Assembly (NCBI GenBank): GCA_913020725.1 | Contig: CAJWCD010000079.1 | Span: 1 to 17,371 of the forward strand | Length of the DNA: 17,371 nt | Source of the DNA: an uncultured Pseudomonadota bacterium | GTDB taxonomy: Bacteria > SAR324 > NAC60-12 | Direction of reading: 5' to 3' | Notes under the pieces: generated by a model | Seen by the model: the letters and a program-made list of their open reading frames with translations, nothing else | Told to the model about the DNA's origin: nothing | Database searches by the model: none | Translations under genes and position numbers: made by a program | Shown: positions 8,107-17,371 of the stretch, piece after piece | Layout: each line of letters starts with the position of its first letter | How positions within the stretch are numbered: position 1 is the first letter of the stretch

Positions 8107-9678
8107 TCAGATGCTGATCGCCTTGAGTTGCCGACGCTGCAAGTACACGAGGTCGAAGAAAAGCCGGGTGACAATGATCGCAGTGAACATGCTCGCCAGA
8201 ATGCCAATTGAGAGTGTGACGGCGAAACCCTTGATCGGACCCGTGCCGAACTGAAGCAGCGCGAGGGCCGCAAACAGCGTGGTGACATTGGCGTCAAGGA
8301 TGGTCCGGAAAGCCTTGGCAAAACCCTCCTTGATTGCGGCCCGTGGGTTTTCAGTGCGCCGCAGTTCTTCGCGGATGCGCTGAAAAATGAGGACGTTCGC
8401 GTCCACAGCCATGCCGATGGTCAGCACAATCCCCGCCATGCCCGGCAGTGTGAGGGTGGCGCCAAATGCGCTCAGCACAGAGAGGATGAGGATGATGTTG
8501 AAGACCAGCGCCGCGACGGCAAAAAGACCAGAAACGCGGTAGTAGACTGCCATAAAGACGAGGACGAAGAGACCTCCGAGCAACAGCGCGTTGAGGCTGG
8601 CGGCTACAGAATCTTCTCCGAGGCTGGCCCCGACGGTGCGCTCCTCGCGGATTTGGATGGGCGCGGGCAGTGATCCGGAGCGCAACACCAAGCCGAGGTC
8701 ACCGGCCTCCTCCACCGTGAACTGTCCGGAGATGGAAGCCTCCCCGCCCGTGATCGCTTCCCGGATCACCGGAGCGGACTGCACCTTGTCGTCCAGGACG
8801 ATGGCAAGGTTGCGGCCCACGCTACGGCGTGTGATCTTGGCAAAACGGTCGGCGCCGATCGAATCAAACGAGAGGCTGACATAGGGCTGATTCGTCTGTG
8901 GGTCGAAACGCACCTGCGCGTCTCGGATAAACTCTCCTGTGAGTAGTATCTTCTTCTCCAAGACGTAAGGATTTTTACGGAGCAGCGTGTTGGTGGCCTT
9001 GTCCCAAACCTCTTGATACTTGATGATTTCGGTGAGCCGGTTGTAGGTGTTTGGGGTCGCATCCGGATTGGTGAGATAAAACTCCAGTACCGCCTGCGGG
9101 CCAATCAGCCGGATTGCCTTGTCACGGTCCTTGAGTCCTGGAAGTTGGATGACAATGCTGTTCTCGCCCTGAAGTTGCAAGGACGGTTCGCTGATGCCGA
9201 GGCCGTCAATGCGGTTGCGCAGCACCTCCAACGCTTGTTTGATCGCGTTCTTGCGGATACGCTTGATTTCATCCGGACGTAGCGTCAACCGGATCAGATT
9301 GCCCTCGGTGAGCAGGTCGTACTGCACGATAAAGCGGTCGAACGGCGAAACTTCCAGATCAACCGTTTTGCCGGATTCCATCTCAATCACGGCCTCGGTT
9401 GGGCTGGTTTGGCGCACCTCGATGAAGTCAATCTGTTCGTCAATCATCACGTCTTCCAACTCCTGCGCCGTGCGCCGTGTGACTTCACGAACGGCCTCCC
9501 CTGCTTTCACCTCAACGTCAAGATACATGCCCCCCTGCAAGTCGAGTCCGAGGTTGAGCTTGCCCTCCACACTGAGCGGGTCAGCGTTGGTGAAGTAGGC
9601 GCGGTAGGTAGGGAAAACGTAGTAGAGTGCGACCAGCAGCACGCCAAGGATGAGGAGACCCTTTACTCGAACATTCAT
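8107..9678 (-). CDS. secD: Protein translocase subunit SecD
   Basis: Motifs LNLGLDLQGG, RNRIDGLGISEP, LRSGSLPAP, GMAVDANVLIFQRIREE, DANVTT and GTGPIKGFAVTL. Confidence 0.98.
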   Translation of the reverse strand: MNVRVKGLLILGVLLVALYYVFPTYRAYFTNADPLSVEGKLNLGLDLQGGMYLDVEVKAGEAVREVTRRTAQELEDVMIDEQIDFIEVRQTSPTEAVIEMESGKTVDLEVSPFDRFIVQYDLLTEGNLIRLTLRPDEIKRIRKNAIKQALEVLRNRIDGLGISEPSLQLQGENSIVIQLPGLKDRDKAIRLIGPQAVLEFYLTNPDATPNTYNRLTEIIKYQEVWDKATNTLLRKNPYVLEKKILLTGEFIRDAQVRFDPQTNQPYVSLSFDSIGADRFAKITRRSVGRNLAIVLDDKVQSAPVIREAITGGEASISGQFTVEEAGDLGLVLRSGSLPAPIQIREERTVGASLGEDSVAASLNALLLGGLFVLVFMAVYYRVSGLFAVAALVFNIILILSVLSAFGATLTLPGMAGIVLTIGMAVDANVLIFQRIREELRRTENPRAAIKEGFAKAFRTILDANVTTLFAALALLQFGTGPIKGFAVTLSIGILASMFTAIIVTRLFFDLVYLQRRQLKAISI

Positions 9679-9691
9679 GGTGCCGTCTCGA

Positions 9692-10105
9692 TCAGCTTTT
9701 CTTCTTTACGGAGGAGAGCTTGGCAACGCCAGATTTCTCCTCTTTCTTGTCGTCCTTCTTCTCCTGCTCCTTCTCGGCCTTGCGGCTGCTTTCGTCGGAA
9801 AGCCGCGCAATCTGGCTGCGGTCGATCTGCACGTTCACTTTCGGAGCAATCTCCAGCGTCACCCGCTCGTCACCCAGCTTGACGATGCTTGCGTAAATAC
9901 CGCTCGCAGTGACCACCTTATCGCCGGTTTTGAGGTTGTCCAGCAACTGCTGGTGCTGCTTACGCTGCTTCTGTTGGGGGCGGATGAGCAGGAAGTAGAA
10001 AATCACGAAGATGAGGATGAACGGTAGGAACTGCACGAGCGCACCTCCCATGCCTCCGGTTCCTCCGGAAGATTGGGCGTAGGCTTCAGTCACAAAGGGG
10101 TACAT
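9692..10105 (-). CDS. yajC: Preprotein translocase subunit YajC
   Basis: IFYFLLIRPQQKQRKQH...LKTGDKVVTASGI motif, directly upstream of secD, with a charged C-terminal tail. Confidence 0.97.
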   Translation of the reverse strand: MYPFVTEAYAQSSGGTGGMGGALVQFLPFILIFVIFYFLLIRPQQKQRKQHQQLLDNLKTGDKVVTASGIYASIVKLGDERVTLEIAPKVNVQIDRSQIARLSDESSRKAEKEQEKKDDKKEEKSGVAKLSSVKKKS

Positions 10106-10138
10106 ACTCTATTCTTTCAAGGTTCAGCAAAACAAATA

Positions 10139-10147
10139 AGTCTAGCA
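10139..10147 (-). promoter_or_regulatory. Putative extended -10 promoter (TGcTAGACT) for yajC-secD-secF-tyrA
   Basis: The minus strand reads TGCTAGACT at 10147-10139, 33 nt upstream of the yajC ATG, in a 75-bp gap. No good -35 box is visible. Confidence 0.4.
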
Positions 10148-10180
10148 GTTTGCCTGGGAAAACTCACGCGATTTCTGCGT

Positions 10181-10999
10181 TCAACGGACGTAGGACTGAT
10201 CGAGCGGGAATTCGAGGCCGTGTGTGCCCAGCGGGATCAGTGTGTTGGAGCGCCCCACCACCTCACCCGGAGCCGAGTGGAGGGGTTGGTCGTTCTTGTC
10301 GGTGAGAATGCGTAGCGAGAACGGTCCCTCTAGCGGTTGTCCCCCCATTGCATCCGATGCGCCAATCCGGAAGTCCTGCCCATCGAATACATGAGGAATG
10401 ATACGGATGGCGGCGGGGCGTCCCAGTTTCGGATCAAAGAGCATCACCACGAGCCGGTCTTCCGGACTCACGCCCGCTTTGAGCGAATCCGCAATCGTGA
10501 TGTGGCCGCTGATGCTTTGCTCTGGGGCATCCTGACGGCTTTGCAGCAGTTCCGGAGGAAAGCTCTGGAAGGGTCGGTCCAGCGTGTATTCAATGCCTTG
10601 GTGACCCAAGTTGTATGGAGGGGAAAGTGGACCGATCACTTCTCCGGAAGCCGGGCGATTGGGGTCACCATCTTTGTCGGTCAACACGAGCAGCCGCACT
10701 TGCTTGGACAGTTTCGCCCCTTGTGCGTCATCGGTTCCAACAAGAAATGTCGTGGGCGGCAGAAAGGGATTGATGACCTTGGTGGCCACGATCTGGAAGG
10801 AATCCGGATCAACGAGCAGGAGGTAGGCGTTGTCGGTCTTGACGATTTCCGCACCTGCGCGCGGCGTGGCCAGAATCGTTCCGCTCAGGCTTCCAGAGAG
10901 TTCTGCTTCGTTGCGCAGCAGTTCCTGCCAGAGCGCGTAGCCTGCGAGGGCGACGAAGACGACGATACCAGTGAGGTAGAGCAGCACGTTGCGGCTCAT
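10181..10999 (-). CDS. Membrane-anchored protein with two tandem CycH/CcmI C-terminal-like Ig domains
   Basis: An N-terminal TM helix is followed by two alignable repeats of about 110 aa (S[LI]SGxI...DP...F[LR][VI]G..DA.G...L.[VI]LTDK...P.....GEV[IV]G......LG..G[IL]E[YF].LD). The start overlaps the gltD stop (ATGA, 10996-10999). Confidence 0.8.
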   Translation of the reverse strand: MSRNVLLYLTGIVVFVALAGYALWQELLRNEAELSGSLSGTILATPRAGAEIVKTDNAYLLLVDPDSFQIVATKVINPFLPPTTFLVGTDDAQGAKLSKQVRLLVLTDKDGDPNRPASGEVIGPLSPPYNLGHQGIEYTLDRPFQSFPPELLQSRQDAPEQSISGHITIADSLKAGVSPEDRLVVMLFDPKLGRPAAIRIIPHVFDGQDFRIGASDAMGGQPLEGPFSLRILTDKNDQPLHSAPGEVVGRSNTLIPLGTHGLEFPLDQSYVR

Positions 11000-12513
11000 A
11001 GCAGTGCTTCAGCCTGCGGAGTGGTGGGGAGTTCGGACACGCCCATCAGGTATTCGTCAATGCAGCGGGCAGCTTCCCGGCCTTCCCAAATCGCCCAGAC
11101 CACCAGTGAAGCGCCACGCTTGGCGTCCCCTGCGACGAACACTCCGGGTTCACTGGTCATGAAATCCTTGCCTGCGTGAACTGAGTACATCGATTCTCGT
11201 TTCCGGAGTTGTTCGATCATCTCGGCAGGCGAGCGCAACTTGTGCTGCCCGCGCACGCCGATCTTCACACCAAGCTCGTGGAGCAAACCTTCCAGCACAG
11301 GGCCGATGAAGCCCATCGCAAGCAACACCAAATCAACCTTGACGGTGAATTCTGATCCCGGAATGCGCGCCATCGTCATCTGCCCGTCAACGGATTTCCA
11401 CTCAACACGCACCGCCTGCAAGGCCTGCACCCCCCCCTGCTCATCACCCATCAGCCGTTCGGTGAGGATGTTGGCGCGGCAGTCCGGATCGGCCTCCTCA
11501 TGGACAGGAGTGGGACGAGGCTGCATGTTGACGATTTCAAACTGATGGATACGCGGGTTGACGCCCTGCCGGTTGAGGTTACCGAGACAATCCGCTGCCG
11601 TAAAGCCGCCACCGAGAATCGCCGCCGTCCGGCCTGCAGCCTCGATGCGATCCGCCTCCGGAATGTCAGCGCCTGCGACTGTGCGGTTGCGCTGCGGCAG
11701 ATAGTTCATCGCATAGTGCACCCCCTGCAAGTCGTGTCCCTCGGTGGTGAGTGTGCGGGCAAATTGCGCTCCGGTCGCCAACAGGATCGCGTCAAACTGC
11801 TCGCGCAACTTCGCAACGGACAAGTCGCGTCCCACCTCGCAGTTCGTGTGAAATGCCACCCCCTCGGCACGAAGCTGCTCAACGCGGCGTTCCACATGAC
11901 GTTTCTCCAGCTTGAAATCCGGAATGCCGTACACGAGCAAGCCTCCGGGGCGGTCGTCCTTTTCAAAAACCGTGACCTCGTGTCCAGCGCGACGCAGTTG
12001 CTGTGCTGCTGCCAGCCCGGCGGGTCCGGAACCGATCACCGCAACGCTCTTGCCCGTCAGCTTGCTTGGAGCATGTGGCACAATCCAGCCTTCGGTCCAG
12101 CCGCGCTCCGCGATGTGTTTCTCGATCTGCTCAATGGTGACGGAGTTTTTCTTCTGCGCCCGGTCAGCTTCGTCGAGGGTGTAGTAGGCGTTGAGGACGC
12201 AAGAGTCCTCGCAGGGTGCGGGGCAGATGCGCCCGGTGAACTCTGGAAAATTGTTGGTGCTGTGCAGCATGTCCAGCGCCTCGCGCCAGTGCCCACGATA
12301 GACGAGGTCGTTCCAGTCCGGAATCATGTTACCCAGCGGGCAACCCGTGTGACAGAACGGGATGCCGCAGTCCATGCAGCGTGCGGCCTGTTTGCGGATA
12401 TCAGGAACCTCAAACGGAGCGTCGTACTCCCGGAAGTCCCGAACGCGCTCCGCCACTGCACGACGCGGCACCGCCTGCTTCTCAATCTCAATGAATCCTG
12501 TGTCTTTTCCCAT
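10996..12513 (-). CDS. gltD: Glutamate synthase small (beta) subunit
   Basis: Start set at ATG 12513 (MGKDTGFIE, a typical N-terminus). Fe-S motifs RCMDCGIPFCHTGCP and NNFPEFTGRICPAPCEDSC; FAD motif GSGPAGLAAA; C-terminal GDAKRGASLVVWAIWEGREAA. Confidence 0.96.
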   Translation of the reverse strand: MGKDTGFIEIEKQAVPRRAVAERVRDFREYDAPFEVPDIRKQAARCMDCGIPFCHTGCPLGNMIPDWNDLVYRGHWREALDMLHSTNNFPEFTGRICPAPCEDSCVLNAYYTLDEADRAQKKNSVTIEQIEKHIAERGWTEGWIVPHAPSKLTGKSVAVIGSGPAGLAAAQQLRRAGHEVTVFEKDDRPGGLLVYGIPDFKLEKRHVERRVEQLRAEGVAFHTNCEVGRDLSVAKLREQFDAILLATGAQFARTLTTEGHDLQGVHYAMNYLPQRNRTVAGADIPEADRIEAAGRTAAILGGGFTAADCLGNLNRQGVNPRIHQFEIVNMQPRPTPVHEEADPDCRANILTERLMGDEQGGVQALQAVRVEWKSVDGQMTMARIPGSEFTVKVDLVLLAMGFIGPVLEGLLHELGVKIGVRGQHKLRSPAEMIEQLRKRESMYSVHAGKDFMTSEPGVFVAGDAKRGASLVVWAIWEGREAARCIDEYLMGVSELPTTPQAEALL

Positions 12514-12574
12514 CTTTAGAACGACATGGTTCACACGTCACTTATTGGTTATTCCCGTTTTTTGAATTCACTAA

Positions 12575-13083
12575 TTACTTCTTCATACAACTTTTTTTAT
12601 GCTTCTTACCACCTCCACATGGGCAAAGATCATTTCTGCCGATTTTAGGCTCTGTGCGAACCATGGTAGTATGGTCTTGTGTGTGTGTCTCATCATCAAA
12701 AACTCATTCATATCTCGGAGGTGGGGTCGAACGACTAGCTCAATTTCGACATCTTCTACATCCCCAAGAACACCACAATCAACACAGTCATGTTTATACG
12801 CTTCACGAATCGTATCAAGAGAGCTAGTTGCCTTGAGATTTACAAGGTAGTTTATCAAAAAACAGTTTCAGATCGGATCACTTTGAGCGTAATTTTACAA
12901 TTGATTTGTTAATATTTTCAATACATTGCTCTCGTGTCTCTAAGCATTTATTGCCGATCTTTTGAATACTTCTAGCCATACATACTTTAGGAAAAATCCC
13001 ATAATTTTTTTAAAATAAGATGATAAAAAAGGTGTCGCCTGTGGACCAATCAGACTAAAAATTTCTGGAAACTCTTGGCAAAG
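12575..13083 (-). pseudogene. 5'-truncated, AT-rich pseudogene of a DUF1186/HEAT-like protein with a C-terminal SEC-C motif
   Basis: Stitching frames gives LCQEFPEIFSLIGPQATPFLSSYF / GIFPKVCMARSIQKIGNKCLETREQCIE / ILTNQL*NYAQSDPI*NCFLINYLVNLKATSSLDTIREAYKHDCVDCGVLGDVEDVEIEL / [51 protein letters not shown]. This needs three frameshifts and has three internal stops. The SEC-C-like motif is at 12649-12575. The DUF1186 call is from recalled similarity. Confidence 0.8.
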
Positions 13084-13328
13084 TCAAATAAGGAGGTCAC
13101 CCAACCCCTGCTCTTTCAGCAATTTGCGCAACCGTTCGACTTCGATTCTTGCTTCATCACGTTCTTGCCCGGTTTCTTCTTTCCGGGCGGCAAGCCGATC
13201 CACTTCCGCCTCGAACTCCGCAATCGGCGCGTCCTTGGTGGCAGTTTTTCGTTGAGTCGGTTCAGCAATTCGTCGGTGAACAGCACCTAGAAACCGTCCG
13301 GATCAACGGTTTGCGAGAAGTCTTCCAT
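13084..13328 (-). pseudogene. Decayed short coiled-coil gene fragment (possibly the C-terminus of an Rpn/PD-(D/E)XK- or Uma2-type protein)
   Basis: AAGGAG lies 8 nt before ATG 13328. The frame reads MEDFSQTVDPDGF*(TAG 13289-13287)VLFTDELLNRLNEKL. After a 1-nt frameshift it continues ATKDAPIAEFEAEVDRLAARKEETGQERDEARIEVERLRKLLKEQGLGDLLI* (TGA 13086-13084). The family call is weak. Confidence 0.6.
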
Positions 13329-13378
13329 GAGAATTTCTCCTTTGCTTCGAGTTCAGAGTCGCGCACCGTCTTGGTGGG

Positions 13379-17371
<3,993 letters not shown>

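Noticed and set aside
11430..11437. C8 homopolymer in gltD as a phase-variation tract
   Set aside because: It is short, the frame is intact (Gln-Gly-Gly-Val), and it lies in a housekeeping gene.
12575..12649. SEC-C motif as a secA fragment linked to the nearby secDF
   Set aside because: The upstream stitched sequence is not SecA-like. SEC-C motifs occur on many unrelated proteins, so the proximity is probably coincidental.
12704..12706. In-frame TGA as Sec/Trp readthrough or an alternative genetic code
   Set aside because: The same relic also has an in-frame TAA and three frameshifts, and flanking genes use TGA as stop. Ordinary decay explains it.
12583..12858. 91-aa ORF as an intact gene (and the opposite-strand 12599-12850 ORF)
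   Set aside because: It is the middle segment of a frameshifted pseudogene, and its last third reads out of frame relative to the SEC-C motif.

Overview
This is a GC-rich bacterial chromosomal window; the gene style suggests a diderm delta-proteobacterial/SAR324-like organism, which is inference only. At the left edge is a 3'-truncated rnhA on the minus strand, which the ORF track missed. Divergent from it is a tightly packed plus-strand run: a small acidic protein, acuI/yhdH, a 79-aa hypothetical, a TraF/FadL-like outer-membrane beta-barrel, a large acidic lipoprotein, and a secreted protein fusing a degenerate UshA-like domain (CGC motif) to a tetraheme c-type cytochrome. A converging minus-strand run reads gltB (5'-truncated), two decayed gene remnants, gltD, a membrane-anchored protein with two tandem CycH/CcmI-like Ig domains, yajC, secD, secF and tyrA. 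The most notable features are the coupled barrel-lipoprotein-multiheme module (a candidate envelope redox or uptake system), the stand-alone double CycH-like protein, the hidden pseudogenes splitting gltB from gltD (one an AT-rich SEC-C/DUF1186-like relic), a low-GC body in the barrel gene, and a mirrored 10-bp element in the divergent promoter. No RNA genes, CRISPR arrays or intact mobile elements were seen.
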